DNA from: Clostridiales bacterium
Lineage (GTDB): Bacteria > Bacillota > Clostridia > Christensenellales > CAG-138
Direction of reading: 5' to 3'
Length of the DNA stretch: 64,000 nt
NCBI GenBank assembly: GCA_004554165.1
Contig: SFNQ01000008.1
Span: 451 to 64,450, forward strand
The notes under the pieces are model-generated. The model did not search any database, had not been told where the DNA came from, and saw nothing but the letters and a program-made list of their open reading frames with translations. Every line of letters starts with the position of its first letter. Within the stretch, counting starts at the first letter, position 1. Positions 1-10,367 of the stretch are shown piece by piece. The position numbers and the translations under genes are program-made.

Positions 1-1
1 C

Positions 2-1354
2 GCCGAGGGCAATTGCCGCCTGCGCATTGCGGAGCGCGCCGCGGACGCCATCGTGGAAAACGGCTATATCCCATGGCACGGCGATTTGGAGCCTATGTAC
101 TCCGAGGGCTATGGCGCGGCCCTCGACCTCGGCACCACCACGGTGGCCGCGCAGCTTTTCCGCGCCGGAGAAAAGCGCCCCATCGCCGCGCTGGGCGAGC
201 TGAACCGGCAGCAGTCGTACGGCGGGGACGTGATCTCCCGCATCGCCTGCTGCAACGAACGCACCGTTGAACCGCTGTCCGTGCTCATTCGGGCGCAGCT
301 TGGCGATATGCTGAACCGTCTGAGCCGGCAGGCGGACGTTCCGGCGTCTGAAATCCGCCAGCTCGTGATCACCGGCAATACCACGATGCTGTACATCCTC
401 TTCGGCATCGAACCCGCGCCGCTGGCCACCGCCCCCTTTCGCATGGAGCAGGGTTTTGGCGGCAGCTTTGACGCAGGGATTCCCGGCTTTGAGGGTCTTC
501 CCTGCTGGGTGCCGGGCTGCGCCTCCGCCTATATCGGCGCGGACATGGTTTGCAGCGTGCTGGCAAGCGGCATGTGCAAAAGCAGCGGCAACCTGCTGCT
601 GGTTGACGCCGGGACCAACGGCGAAATGGCGCTGAGCGCAAAGGGCGCGCTCCGCTGCTGCTCCACCGCGGCGGGGCCGGCCCTTGAGGGCGCGGGCCTT
701 TCCTGCGGCGGGAACGCCTCGCCCGGGGCCATCGATTCGGTCCGGCTGGAAAACGGCGCGTTTGCCTATACCACCATCGGCAACGCCGCGGCAGGCAGCC
801 TCTGCGGTTCCGGCCTGATTGACGCCGCCGCCGCCCTGCTGGAGGCCGGTTATCTCCACTCCAGCGGAAAACTCCAAACCCCGGATGGCGGCGATTTCTT
901 CATCGGCGGCAGCAGGGTCTATCTTTCGCAAAGGGACCTGCGGCAGCTACAGCTGGCAAAGGCGGCGATCCGCGCGGGCATGGACACGCTGATTCACGAA
1001 AGCGGCCTCCGCTATGAGGATTTGGACGGCATTCTTCTCTGCGGCGGCTTTGGCAGCCGTCTGCGGCCCTCCAGCGCGGAGCGCATCGGGCTCATCCCGC
1101 CGGGCTTTTCCGAAAAAACCATGGCCATCGGCAACGCCGCAGGAAACGGCGCGGGACAGATCCTCCAGTCGGCCGCAAAGCGCCGGGAGGCCCAGCGCAT
1201 CGCCCGGCAGATGGAGCCCGTTTCCCTGTCGGCCAGCCCGTATTTTCAGGAGCGCTATCTTGCCTCCATGCGGTTTCCGGATTGCGTCCGGCGCAGCAGC
1301 GCGCCTCTCTGTGGAAGGGCGGCGCAGGACCTCAGTCCGCGGCGATACCGCTGA
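2..1354 (+). CDS. ASKHA-fold DUF4445 protein (RACo-like corrinoid activation ATPase family), C-terminal part. The 5' end lies upstream of the window.
   Basis: The frame is open from base 2, and the listed start at 53 is only the first in-frame GTG. Actin-like ATPase motifs are present: ALDLGTTTV, ITGNTTM, LLVDAGTNGE, LCGGFGS. Confidence 0.7.
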   Translation, partial: AEGNCRLRIAERAADAIVENGYIPWHGDLEPMYSEGYGAALDLGTTTVAAQLFRAGEKRPIAALGELNRQQSYGGDVISRIACCNERTVEPLSVLIRAQLGDMLNRLSRQADVPASEIRQLVITGNTTMLYILFGIEPAPLATAPFRMEQGFGGSFDAGIPGFEGLPCWVPGCASAYIGADMVCSVLASGMCKSSGNLLLVDAGTNGEMALSAKGALRCCSTAAGPALEGAGLSCGGNASPGAIDSVRLENGAFAYTTIGNAAAGSLCGSGLIDAAAALLEAGYLHSSGKLQTPDGGDFFIGGSRVYLSQRDLRQLQLAKAAIRAGMDTLIHESGLRYEDLDGILLCGGFGSRLRPSSAERIGLIPPGFSEKTMAIGNAAGNGAGQILQSAAKRREAQRIARQMEPVSLSASPYFQERYLASMRFPDCVRRSSAPLCGRAAQDLSPRRYR

Positions 1355-1953
1355 CAATTTCGGAAAGCGGCGCACAGAGGCCGGCGAAAGCCCTGCCCGG
1401 CCGCAAAACAGTAAAACCGGAAAACCGGCAAGGCCCCGATGTTTCAGGGCATCAGGCGCGGCTTCGGCTGCGCCATCCGTTCGATGAACCAGCGGGGCTC
1501 CACCTGCCCGGCAGACCGGCGCTTTGCCCTGTTCCCTCCGGGACCTCCTGTTTTGTCCTGCAGCCGCAGAATTCTGCCAGGGCCTTCGCCCGTTTCTCTT
1601 CGGGTCAAACAAGGCGGGAAACACCGCAAGTGCTTCCCGCCTTTGTCTATGGGTTCGATTTGGTTGCCGGCCCCATCAAAATCGTTGGTCGCCTGCACCT
1701 GCGCGTTTCCCCGGATGGCGATGCTGCCGTCCTCCAGATACCAGTGTCCGCAAGCGCCGAGACGGGCAGGCAGACCAGGCGCAGCAGCACAGGCTGGGCC
1801 GGCGCCCGTCCTCTGTCCGGAAGGAGTCGAGGGCTACGGGGCAGAGCGGCAAGGCCCGCAGGGGGATAAGGGCGCAGGCATCCGGACCGGGACGGTTTGC
1901 CTCCGCCGGGAGAGGACCGCAGCAGCGTCCGGGGCCCGCAGGGGGACGAGGGC

Positions 1954-3924
1954 TTATGCCCGAAGCGAAAGCGCGGCCTCCGCCACCGCCTCCGCCGTAA
2001 AGCCGAACTCGCGGAACAGCGTCGCATAGGGACCGGAAGCGCCGAAGCGGTTGATCCCGATAACCTTGCCGTCCAGGCCGGTGTACTTGTGCCAGCCCAT
2101 GTCGCACTCCGCCTCGATGGCAACGCGGGCGCGCACCGCCTTCGGCAGCACCTTTTCCCGGTAGGCCTCATCCTGCATATCGAACAGATCCATGCAGGGC
2201 ATGGACACCACGCGCGCGGCAAGGCCCTTTTCCTTCAGCAGGTCCGCCGCCTCTACGGCATACTGCACCTCGGAGCCGGAGGCAATCAGGATCACGTCGG
2301 GCTTGCCATTTTCCGCATCGCGCAGGATATAGCCGCCCTTTTCCGCCTCGCGGCTGCTGCCCGGCAGCTGCGGCAGGTTCTGGCGCGTCATGGCCATGAC
2401 CGCGGGCAGGCGATGCCGGAGCGCGGCGATATAGCTGGCGCCGGTCTCGCAAACATCCGCAGGACGAAACACCAGCGTGTTCGGCGTCGCGCGCAGGCTG
2501 GCAATCTGCTCGATGGGCTGATGGGTCGGCCCGTCCTCGCCCACGCCGATGCTGTCGTGGGTGAGCACATACAGCACCGGAAGCCGCATGATGGCGGACA
2601 GGCGCAGCGCGGGCTTCAGATAATCCGCAAACACCAGGAAGGTGGCGCAGAAGGGGCGCAGGCCGCCATACAGCGCCATGCCGTTGCAGGCGGCGGCCAT
2701 GGCAAACTCCCGGATGCCAAAATGGATGTTCTTTCCCTGGCGGTTCTCCGGCGAGAAGAAGGCTTCACCCTTGAGCTCGGTCTTGTTGGAGGGCGCAAGG
2801 TCCGCGCTGCCGCCAAACAGGTTGGGCAGATGCTGGTTGAGCCTATTGAGCGCGGCACCGCTGGCCGCGCGGGTGGCGACGGGCTTGTCCGCGGCAAAGA
2901 AGCTCTCGTCGCTGAGGAGCGCCTCGGGCAGCGCCTCGCTGTGGTACTCCTCCCAGAGCCGGTACAGCTCCGGATAGGCCGCCCGGTAGCGCTCGAACAT
3001 GGCGTTATAGTCGTCCTCCGCCTTCTGATAGCCCGGCAGGAGGGCCGCAAAGTGCCCATACACGTCCTGCGGCACGACGAAGGCCTCCTCCTTCCAGGCA
3101 TAGGCCTCCTTCATCTTCTCAATCGTCTCAACGCCCAGCGGCTCGCCATGCGCCGAGGCCATGCCCTGCTTGGGCGTACCGTGCGCAATATTTGTATGAA
3201 CGATGATGAGCGAGGGCATGTCCGTGGTTTTGGCGCGCTGGATCGCCGCGTCCACCGCGTCGATATCCTCGCCGTCCGCCAGCTCCTGCACGTCCCAGCC
3301 ATAGGCTTCGTAACGCTTTTTCACATCCTCGGCAAGCGAAATCTCGGTGCTGCCCTCGATGGTAATCCGGTTGCTGTCGTAGAGCGCGATGAGCTTGCCC
3401 AGCTTCATCGTGGCGGCCAGCGACGCGGCCTCGGACTGAACGCCCTCCATCATGCAGCCATCGCCCATAAGCACATAGGTATAATTATCCACCACGGGAT
3501 AGCCCTCGCGGTTGAAGATGGCGGCAAGGTGGCTCTCCGCCATGGCCATGCCCACCGCCATGGCCATGCCCTGGCCCAGCGGCCCGGTGGTGGCCTCAAC
3601 GCCGACCGTGTGGCCAAACTCCGGATGGCCCGGGGTTTTGCTGCCCCACTGGCGGAACTGCTTGATGTCCTCGATGGTCAGGCCGTAGCCAAACAGGTGC
3701 AGGAGCGAATACTCCAGCATGGATGCATGCCCCGCGCTCAGCACAAAGCGGTCGCGGGCCTGCCAGTTGGGGTTTTTGGGGTTGTGCTTCATCTGCTTCC
3801 ACAGCGCGTAGGCCATGGGTGCGGAACCGATCGCCAGACCGGGATGTCCGCTGTTGGCCTTCTGCACCGCTTCCGCAACAAGAATACGGATTGCGGTGAT
3901 TGCTCTCTGATCAGCCGTCGTCAT
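1954..3924 (-). CDS. tkt: Transketolase
   Basis: 656 aa. N-terminus carries [22 protein letters not shown] and [19 protein letters not shown], typical transketolase TPP-binding signatures. GGAGG lies upstream of the ATG. Confidence 0.95.
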   Translation of the reverse strand: MTTADQRAITAIRILVAEAVQKANSGHPGLAIGSAPMAYALWKQMKHNPKNPNWQARDRFVLSAGHASMLEYSLLHLFGYGLTIEDIKQFRQWGSKTPGHPEFGHTVGVEATTGPLGQGMAMAVGMAMAESHLAAIFNREGYPVVDNYTYVLMGDGCMMEGVQSEAASLAATMKLGKLIALYDSNRITIEGSTEISLAEDVKKRYEAYGWDVQELADGEDIDAVDAAIQRAKTTDMPSLIIVHTNIAHGTPKQGMASAHGEPLGVETIEKMKEAYAWKEEAFVVPQDVYGHFAALLPGYQKAEDDYNAMFERYRAAYPELYRLWEEYHSEALPEALLSDESFFAADKPVATRAASGAALNRLNQHLPNLFGGSADLAPSNKTELKGEAFFSPENRQGKNIHFGIREFAMAAACNGMALYGGLRPFCATFLVFADYLKPALRLSAIMRLPVLYVLTHDSIGVGEDGPTHQPIEQIASLRATPNTLVFRPADVCETGASYIAALRHRLPAVMAMTRQNLPQLPGSSREAEKGGYILRDAENGKPDVILIASGSEVQYAVEAADLLKEKGLAARVVSMPCMDLFDMQDEAYREKVLPKAVRARVAIEAECDMGWHKYTGLDGKVIGINRFGASGPYATLFREFGFTAEAVAEAALSLRA

Positions 3925-4073
3925 AGGATTCGCTTACCTCCGTTTGTTTTTCAGCGCCGGACCCGCCGGAAACTCTCTGCGCGTCCGGGCCATGATTAGC
4001 ATAATTGAGGCCGGAAAACACGGCGCGCCGCAGAAACCGCCGCCCGCGGCTGCGCCTTAGATGCCGTGCGTGT

Positions 4074-4103
4074 ATCATACCACGTTTTTTCCCTTTTTGA
4101 CAA
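4074..4103 (-). promoter_or_regulatory. SigA-type promoter for tkt
   Basis: Minus strand reads TTGTCA-18 nt-TATGAT, with TGg immediately upstream (extended -10). About 130-nt leader to tkt. Confidence 0.55.
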
Positions 4104-4299
4104 GCCGTCCCCGCCCGGCGCGGGTCTCCCAAAAAGCGCGGCTTCCGGCGGTTTGGCCCTCCGCGCGCTAAGCCCTCCGACGCAAAAGTGCCGGTTGATG
4201 CGCGGGCTGTGCGGACGGTTCCGCCCTGCAATCAAATTTTTTGCTGGCGCATGAAAGCGCCTGCCGAATGCGCATACTACACCGCAAAGGAGAATTGCG

Positions 4300-4452
4300 A
4301 TGGAACGAAGGAAACTCTGGCTTTGTATCGGCGTGGGCCTGCTGCTGCTCGGCGTGGTCCTGATGGCCGTGCTGCTGGCGCGCGAGAACGGTCTGCGCGG
4401 CAGCGGAATCATTTTTGTAAGGGGTATCTTAAAGCAATATGCGGCAAAATAG
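4300..4452 (+). CDS. Small (50 aa) single-pass membrane protein, unknown function
   Basis: ATG preceded by AAGGAGAA at 5 nt. Sequence MERRKLWLCIGVGLLLLGVVLMAVLLARENGLRGSGIIFVRGILKQYAAK has one hydrophobic helix. It is below the ORF-track length cutoff and lies 113 nt upstream of spoVAC. Confidence 0.4.
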   Translation: MERRKLWLCIGVGLLLLGVVLMAVLLARENGLRGSGIIFVRGILKQYAAK

Positions 4453-4565
4453 GCTGAAACGCCCCGGCGCGCTGCTGCACGGCGGCGGCGGGGAAAACGT
4501 CCCGGCGGACCGGGAAACACGGCGCAGGGCATACGACGCGACGCGCGAAACGAGGGAGTAAAAAA

Positions 4566-5021
4566 ATGGAACACTTTGACGCAAAACAATACCGTGCGCA
4601 GGTCAACGAGCGCATGCCAAAGAGCAAAACGCTCCGCTACTGCGTCCACGCATTCTGGACAGGCGGCCTGATCTGCATAATCGGGCAGCTTGTGACGGAC
4701 GCGCTGAAAAGCTGGTGCTCGCTTTCGGAGGATGCGCTGTCCGCAGGCACGGCCATCATCATGGTCTTTCTCGGCGCATTCCTGACCGGCCTCGGCATCT
4801 ATGACAAAATCGGCTCCTACGCGGGCGCTGGCTCCGTGGTTCCGATCACGGGTTTTGCCAACTCCATCGTCTCGCCCGCCATTGAGTTTAAACCCGAGGG
4901 CTATGTGATGGGCGTTGCCGCGAAGATGTTCAACATAGCCGGCCCGGTGCTCGTTTACGGCATCAGCGCTTCCATCGTCGTGGGGCTGCTGTCCCTCCTC
5001 TTTGGAGGTGGCGCGGCATGA
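4566..5021 (+). CDS. spoVAC: Stage V sporulation protein AC
   Basis: 151 aa membrane protein. Contains GFANSIVSPAIEFKPEGYVMG and NIAGPVLVYGI, typical SpoVAC sequence. 4-nt overlap with the next gene. Confidence 0.9.
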   Translation: MEHFDAKQYRAQVNERMPKSKTLRYCVHAFWTGGLICIIGQLVTDALKSWCSLSEDALSAGTAIIMVFLGAFLTGLGIYDKIGSYAGAGSVVPITGFANSIVSPAIEFKPEGYVMGVAAKMFNIAGPVLVYGISASIVVGLLSLLFGGGAA

Positions 5022-6046
5022 AAAACCACAGAGGCAAGCGAACGCTGCTCTTCCCCTCCGCGCCGCATATCGCATCGGCTGCGTCCATCGTCAGCAAAAC
5101 GGAGGCGCAGGGCCCGCTCGGCCAGCTGTTTGACATGGTGCTCGAGGACGATACCTGGGGCGAGGACAGCTTTGAAAAGGCGGAATGCCGCATGTTTGAG
5201 GAGGTCGTGCGCATGGCGCTGGCAAAAATGCAGCGCACACCTGCGGATCTGGACTGCCTGTTCGGCGGCGACCTGCTCAACCAGATCATCACCGCAAACT
5301 ATGCGGCGCGGCAGCTCAACACGCCCTTTCTCGGGCTGTACGGCGCCTGCTCCACAATGGCGGAATCGCTGCTGCTGGGCAGCGTTCTTGTGGACGGCGG
5401 CTTTGCCGGCCGCGTGGCCTGCGTGGCCTCCAGCCATTTTTCCACGGCGGAGCGGCAGTACCGCTATCCGCTGGAAATGGGCACCACGGAGCCGGAAACC
5501 TCCCAGCGGACGGTCACGGGCTCCGGCTGCGTCATCGTAACGGAAGCCCCCTCTCCCGACGACGTTTTTCATAAGATTCGCATCCGTGCCGGAACGATTG
5601 GCCGCGTTGTGGATCTGGGCATTACGGACGCGGCCAACATGGGCGCAGCCATGGCGCCCGCCGCCTGCGATACCATCGTCACACACCTGAAGGACCTGGA
5701 ACGCCAGGTTTCGTACTACGATTTGATCATTACGGGCGATCTGGGCCGCTTTGGCAGCGAAATGCTCTTCTCGCTGTGCAAGGACCGGGGCGTTGATCTG
5801 TCCGGCAGGCATATCGACTGCGGCTGCATGATCTTCCATCCGGAGCAGAACTTCCATTGCGGCGGCAGCGGCTGCGGCTGTTCCGCCGTAACGCTGGCTG
5901 CCAATCTGCTGGACAAGGTGGAAAGCGGGGGCGTGCAGCGCATGCTCTTTCTCGCCACCGGCGCGCTGTTGTCGCCCTCGGCCACCATGCAGGGCGAGAG
6001 TATTCCCGGCATTGCGCATGCCGTGGTTCTGGAACGGGAGGATTGA
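5018..6046 (+). CDS. spoVAD: Stage V sporulation protein AD (thiolase-like fold)
   Basis: 342 aa. Contains GGDLLNQI, GLYGACST and ATGALLSP motifs and follows spoVAC in the usual operon order. Confidence 0.9.
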   Translation: MKNHRGKRTLLFPSAPHIASAASIVSKTEAQGPLGQLFDMVLEDDTWGEDSFEKAECRMFEEVVRMALAKMQRTPADLDCLFGGDLLNQIITANYAARQLNTPFLGLYGACSTMAESLLLGSVLVDGGFAGRVACVASSHFSTAERQYRYPLEMGTTEPETSQRTVTGSGCVIVTEAPSPDDVFHKIRIRAGTIGRVVDLGITDAANMGAAMAPAACDTIVTHLKDLERQVSYYDLIITGDLGRFGSEMLFSLCKDRGVDLSGRHIDCGCMIFHPEQNFHCGGSGCGCSAVTLAANLLDKVESGGVQRMLFLATGALLSPSATMQGESIPGIAHAVVLERED

Positions 6047-6047
6047 C

Positions 6048-6416
6048 ATGCAGTTGGATTGGATGATGTACCTGAAAGCCTTCGTTGTGGGCGGCCTGAT
6101 CTGCGTGGTCGGACAGCTGCTCATCAGCCTGACGCGGCTGACGCCCGCGCGTATTCTTGTGCTGTTTGTCACGCTGGGCGTCGTTCTGGGCGGACTGGGG
6201 CTGTACGAGCCGCTGGTGGAGTTTGCGGGCGCGGGCGCCACCGTGCCGCTGACCGGCTTTGGCAATTCCCTCGCAAAGGGCGCCATCAAGGCCGCGCAGG
6301 AGGACGGCGTCATCGGCGCGTTTACCGGCGGCGTGACCGCGACGGCGGGCGGCGTAGCCGCGGCAATCGCCTTTGGCTACCTGTTTTCCCTGCTGTTCCG
6401 CTCAAAGACCAAGTGA
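6048..6416 (+). CDS. spoVAE: Stage V sporulation protein AE (AEB type)
   Basis: ATG at 6048 is preceded by GGGAGG, whereas the track start at 6012 overlaps spoVAD. Contains GAGATVPLTGFGNSLAKG, a SpoVAC/AE family motif. Confidence 0.85.
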   Translation: MQLDWMMYLKAFVVGGLICVVGQLLISLTRLTPARILVLFVTLGVVLGGLGLYEPLVEFAGAGATVPLTGFGNSLAKGAIKAAQEDGVIGAFTGGVTATAGGVAAAIAFGYLFSLLFRSKTK

Positions 6417-6485
6417 CGTTCCTGCCGTCTGAGGCCGTTCCGCAGGAGAGCGGCCTCCGCGGCCTGTACGCCGGGGCGGACAAAA

Positions 6486-6514
6486 GGCGGAGGCTTTCGC
6501 TCTCCGCTTTTTTT
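6486..6514 (+). terminator. Rho-independent terminator after the spoVA operon
   Basis: GGCGGAG-loop-CTCCGC stem followed by a T7 run. Confidence 0.7.
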
Positions 6515-6891
6515 GCTGCCGGGGCCGTTCCTGTGCCATGGCCTCTTCTGTTGGCTGGCGGGATTGCCGAAACCGTGGCCCTGTGACGGGTTTTCGTTGA
6601 TCTTTCGGTCGCGTAGGCGCCGCAGGCAGCCCGTCCCTGCGGGGATGCCCCATGCTTTTGGCAGAATCCCTTTGCCGCAGGGTTTTCGGAAAGCCGCAGG
6701 CCGCCGGACGCAACGGGTCCCCGGTCCCTTCCCCTTAAAGATACGCGCTCCGTTCCTTTTTTCGGGCTTTGACCCTGCTGCGCCTCACGCCATCCTGCCT
6801 CCCGCGCCCCTGTAAAAGGGCATTTTTCCCAGCGCTGCCCGCAAAACTTTTGGAAAAAGCGCCCGGGTGCGTGAAATCCGCGGCGCATTGC

Positions 6892-6920
6892 TTGAAATCC
6901 TGTATATAACAGGCTATAAT
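6892..6920 (+). promoter_or_regulatory. SigA-type promoter directly upstream of the CapD-like gene
   Basis: TTGAAA-17 nt-TATAAT. The spacer contains the inverted repeat CCTGT-ATATA-ACAGG. The -10 ends only 10 nt before the ATG at 6931. Confidence 0.65.
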
Positions 6921-6930
6921 CATAGGGTAT

Positions 6931-8817
6931 ATGAAATGGCTTGGGAAATCAAAATGGATTCGGAAGCTGGCGATGCTTTTGATCGACGCAATGCTGCTGT
7001 GCATCGCGTTATATTTTGCCTACCTTTTGCGCTTTGACGGGGAAACCGGCCAGACCGCCAACTATTACTCCACCTTCTCGCACACCTTCCATTTTCTCGG
7101 CATCTATCTTGTCGCCTTCGCCATCGGCGGCGTGTACGATATTCTCTGGCGCTATGCCGGCGGCAGCGAGGTCATGCGCCTTGCGCTGATTTCCGGCGCC
7201 GCCTGCGCGGTCTGCGTTGTGCTGGATACCCTGCTTGTCTGGAACGTGTCCCGGGGGCTGCTGGTGATGCATGCGCTGCTCTCGGTCGCGCTGGTCGGCG
7301 CGTCGCGCCTTGTCTGGCGGATGCTCAAAAACTCCGCCTGGCTGCAAAACCGCCTGCGCCACCGCGAGACCCCTGTCGGTCCGCGGCTGATGATCGTCGG
7401 CGCGGGCAACGCGGGCGTATACCTCCTGAACATGTGCAAAAACGATCCCTCCCTCGGCCAGCCCATCCTGTTTGTGGACAGCAGCCAGCGGAAGCAGAAG
7501 CTCCGCATCCATGGCGTTGCCGTGCGCGGGCGGCCGGAGGACATTCCCAAGCTGGCCGCAAAATACGACATTCAGGAAATTGTCATTGCCGTGCCGAATC
7601 TTCGCGGCAGCGCGCTCAACGCGCTGGTGGAGACCTGCAAGGAAACGCCCTGCCGCGTGCGCATTCTCATCCAGATGCAAAACTCCGACGACGCGCAGGA
7701 CAAGCCCGGCATGTTCGTGCGCGAGTTGAACATATCCGATTTTCTCTCCCGCGACGAGGTTACGCTGGATACGCAGGGGATTTCCGAGTATATCACGGGC
7801 AAGAGCGTACTCGTCACGGGCGGCGGCGGCTCCATCGGCTCCGAGCTCTGCCGCCAGATCATGCGCTTTTCGCCGCGGCTGCTCACGGTGTTCGACTTCT
7901 ATGAAAACTGCGCATATGAGCTGGAATGTGAATTAAAACAGCGCTTTGGCCGCGATTGCCCGGTGCGCGTTCTGATCGGCTCCGTGCGCGACAGGCAGCG
8001 TCTCGACGAGGTCATGGACGATTGTAAGCCGCAGGTGCTGTTCCACGCGGCTGCGCACAAGCACGTTCCGCTCATGGAGGACAGTCCTGCGGAGGCGGTT
8101 AAAAACAACGTTTTCGGCACCAGAAATGCGCTGGAATCCGCGTCGGCGCACGGCGTAGACCGCTTTGTGCTGCTGTCCACGGACAAGGCCGTCAACCCAA
8201 CAAACATCATGGGCGCCACAAAGCGCGTAACGGAAATGCTGGTGCAGTATTATGCAGGGAAAAGCGAAATGAAGTGTATGGCCGTGCGCTTTGGCAACGT
8301 TCTGGGCAGCCACGGCAGCGTTATCCCGCTGTTTGAGCGGCAGATTCGCGAGGGCGGCCCGGTGACGGTGACGCATCCCGATATCATCCGCTATTTCATG
8401 ACCATTCCCGAGGCGGCGCAGCTGGTTTTGCAGGCGGGCAGCATCGCGCGCAGCGGCTCGATCTGCGTGCTGGACATGGGCGAGCCGGTGCGCATCGACG
8501 ATCTGGCGCGCCAGCTCATCCGGTTCTACGGCTATGAGCCCAACGTCAATATGGATATCGTCTATACGGGGCTCCGGCCCGGCGAAAAGCTCTATGAGGA
8601 GCTTTTGACCGACCGGGAGCGGGACCGCATGGAGCGCACCGCCCATGAAAAGATCATGATCGCGCCGGTAGCGGAGCAGGACGACGCGGTGTTCCAGCGG
8701 CAGCTGGCCGCGCTGCTGACCGCTGCGGAGCGAAACGACGGGGGCGTTTCCGCGGCGCTGGCCGCCATGGTTCCCGGCTTCCTCGCGGAAAACGAAGCCG
8801 GCACGGAAAGCGCCTGA
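6931..8817 (+). CDS. Membrane-anchored polysaccharide biosynthesis protein, CapD/PglF/WbpM-type nucleotide-sugar 4,6-dehydratase
   Basis: 628 aa. N-terminal TM helices, two Rossmann motifs (MIVGAGNAG and VTGGGGSIGSEL), and LFHAAAHKHVP, STDKAVNPTNIMGATKR, FGNVLGSHGSVIP, typical of the family. Confidence 0.9.
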   Translation: MKWLGKSKWIRKLAMLLIDAMLLCIALYFAYLLRFDGETGQTANYYSTFSHTFHFLGIYLVAFAIGGVYDILWRYAGGSEVMRLALISGAACAVCVVLDTLLVWNVSRGLLVMHALLSVALVGASRLVWRMLKNSAWLQNRLRHRETPVGPRLMIVGAGNAGVYLLNMCKNDPSLGQPILFVDSSQRKQKLRIHGVAVRGRPEDIPKLAAKYDIQEIVIAVPNLRGSALNALVETCKETPCRVRILIQMQNSDDAQDKPGMFVRELNISDFLSRDEVTLDTQGISEYITGKSVLVTGGGGSIGSELCRQIMRFSPRLLTVFDFYENCAYELECELKQRFGRDCPVRVLIGSVRDRQRLDEVMDDCKPQVLFHAAAHKHVPLMEDSPAEAVKNNVFGTRNALESASAHGVDRFVLLSTDKAVNPTNIMGATKRVTEMLVQYYAGKSEMKCMAVRFGNVLGSHGSVIPLFERQIREGGPVTVTHPDIIRYFMTIPEAAQLVLQAGSIARSGSICVLDMGEPVRIDDLARQLIRFYGYEPNVNMDIVYTGLRPGEKLYEELLTDRERDRMERTAHEKIMIAPVAEQDDAVFQRQLAALLTAAERNDGGVSAALAAMVPGFLAENEAGTESA

Positions 8818-8972
8818 CGTTCGTTGCGGCCTCCGCAGCGGGACGGCAATCGATTCGGGGCGGAAGGGCTTCGGCGCACGCGGCGTCTGCCTCCCGCCCG
8901 TTTCCGGCCTTCGGGAGTTGAAGCTCGGGTCTGCCCGCAGCGGGAAAATCGTTTCGCAGAGGAAGAGGACCG

Positions 8973-10178
8973 ATGAACAGGGTTTATTGCAGAATGTATC
9001 AGGGTGTGCTGAAGCTCGCCATGCCCTTCATGCCCTGGCGCAGGCCGGAGCTGCTGGAGGGCGCGGGCAGCCTTTTGCGCCTGCCGGCGCTGATACGCGG
9101 TCTGGGGCTTGACAGGGTCCTGCTGGTTACAGGCCCGGTCATCGCCTCTCTGGGCCTGCCGGAGCCGCTGCTGCAGGGCCTTGCCGGGGAGGGCATCCAC
9201 TGCGCCGTTTACGCTGAAACCGTGCAGAACCCCACAATCGATAACATCGAGGCGGCGCTGGCCCTGTATCACGCCCAGCGCTGTCAGGGCATCATCGCCT
9301 TTGGCGGCGGCTCGCCCATGGACTGCGCCAAGGGCGTCGGCGCCCGGCTTGCGCGCCCGGACAGAACGATCCCCGAGATGAAGGGCATCCTCAGGGTCCG
9401 AAAGCCCCTGCCCCCGCTGTTTGCCATCCCCACCACCGCCGGCTCCGGCAGCGAAACCACGCTGGCCGCAGTCATTACCGACAGCCGCACCCATGAAAAA
9501 TATGCCCTCAGCGACTGGCCGCTTATCCCGCACTACGCCGTGCTCGATCCCGGTCTCACGGCGGGGCTTCCGCCAAAGGTCACGGCCACCACGGGGATGG
9601 ACGCGCTGACCCATGCCGTGGAGGCCTACATCGGCCGCAGCAACACGAAGGAAACCCGGGCCATGGCCCGCGAGGCCGTCAGGCTGATCTTCCAAAATCT
9701 CGAAGCGGTATATGCGGACGGGAGCAACCTTGCCGCCCGGGCCGGCATGCAGCGCGCCTCCTTCTGCGCGGGCGTGGCCTTCACCCGGGCCTATGTGGGC
9801 TACGTCCATGCCATTGCGCATTCGCTGGGCGGACGCTACAACGTCCCGCATGGGCTTGCCAACGCCGTCCTGCTCCCCCATGTGCTCAGGCGTTACGGGA
9901 ACGCGGTCCGGAAGCCCCTGGCCGAGCTGGCCGACCTCGCCGGTCTTTCAGAAGCCGCCGACAACGCGCAGCAAAAGTCCCACCGTTTTATCCTCGCCAT
10001 TAATGAGATGAACGCGCGCATAGGTATCCCCGGGGAGATTGCGCAGATTTGCCCGGAGGACATCCCGGCCATGGCCCGGCGCGCGGCAGAGGAGGCCAAT
10101 CCCCTGTATCCGGTGCCCCGCCTGATGGATGCAGACGAACTGGCGGAGATCTACCGCCTTGTCATGCCTTCCCGGTGA
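8973..10178 (+). CDS. Iron-containing (group III) alcohol dehydrogenase
   Basis: 401 aa. Contains IIAFGGGSPMDCAKG, IPTTAGSGSETT and the His-rich HAIAHSLGGRYNVPHG Fe-ADH signature. Confidence 0.85.
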   Translation: MNRVYCRMYQGVLKLAMPFMPWRRPELLEGAGSLLRLPALIRGLGLDRVLLVTGPVIASLGLPEPLLQGLAGEGIHCAVYAETVQNPTIDNIEAALALYHAQRCQGIIAFGGGSPMDCAKGVGARLARPDRTIPEMKGILRVRKPLPPLFAIPTTAGSGSETTLAAVITDSRTHEKYALSDWPLIPHYAVLDPGLTAGLPPKVTATTGMDALTHAVEAYIGRSNTKETRAMAREAVRLIFQNLEAVYADGSNLAARAGMQRASFCAGVAFTRAYVGYVHAIAHSLGGRYNVPHGLANAVLLPHVLRRYGNAVRKPLAELADLAGLSEAADNAQQKSHRFILAINEMNARIGIPGEIAQICPEDIPAMARRAAEEANPLYPVPRLMDADELAEIYRLVMPSR

Positions 10179-10338
10179 AGCGCCCCGTCGCGATGAAAGC
10201 CACCCTCGTGGGGAAGCCGGTACGTTTCCCGGGTTTTGGCGGTCGCCTCTGGCGGCATTTCGCCCGTTTTTGTTTGCGCTCCGCTTTGCTTCCACCAGCG
10301 CCCGCCCTTCTTCAAAAACGCAGTTTTTTACAAAATCC

Positions 10339-10367
10339 TTGAATTTACCATAGATCAGCAATATACT
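10339..10367 (+). promoter_or_regulatory. SigA-type promoter with a ~330-nt leader ahead of the EAL gene
   Basis: TTGAAT-17 nt-TATACT. This is the only good promoter match in the 517-nt intergenic region. Confidence 0.5.

Noticed and set aside
1444-1760. Protein-like stretch HWYLEDGSIAIRGNAQVQATNDFDGAGNQIEPID on the minus strand, downstream of tkt
   Set aside because: There is an in-frame stop just upstream and no ATG/GTG/TTG start with an RBS before the protein-like part. The continuation is non-protein-like and crosses a hairpin (AAGGCGGGAA...TTCCCGCCTT, ~1610-1645). At most it is a pseudogene scrap.
1897-3999. 700-aa ORF on the plus strand, opposite transketolase
   Set aside because: It is an antisense shadow ORF typical of high-GC DNA. 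The translation is Arg/Gly/Ala/His-rich with no motifs, whereas the minus-strand frame is an unmistakable transketolase.
3996-6313. Large minus-strand ORFs (3996-5075, 4955-6313) across the spoVA operon
   Set aside because: They are antisense to well-supported spoVAC/AD/AE and are compositionally artefactual.
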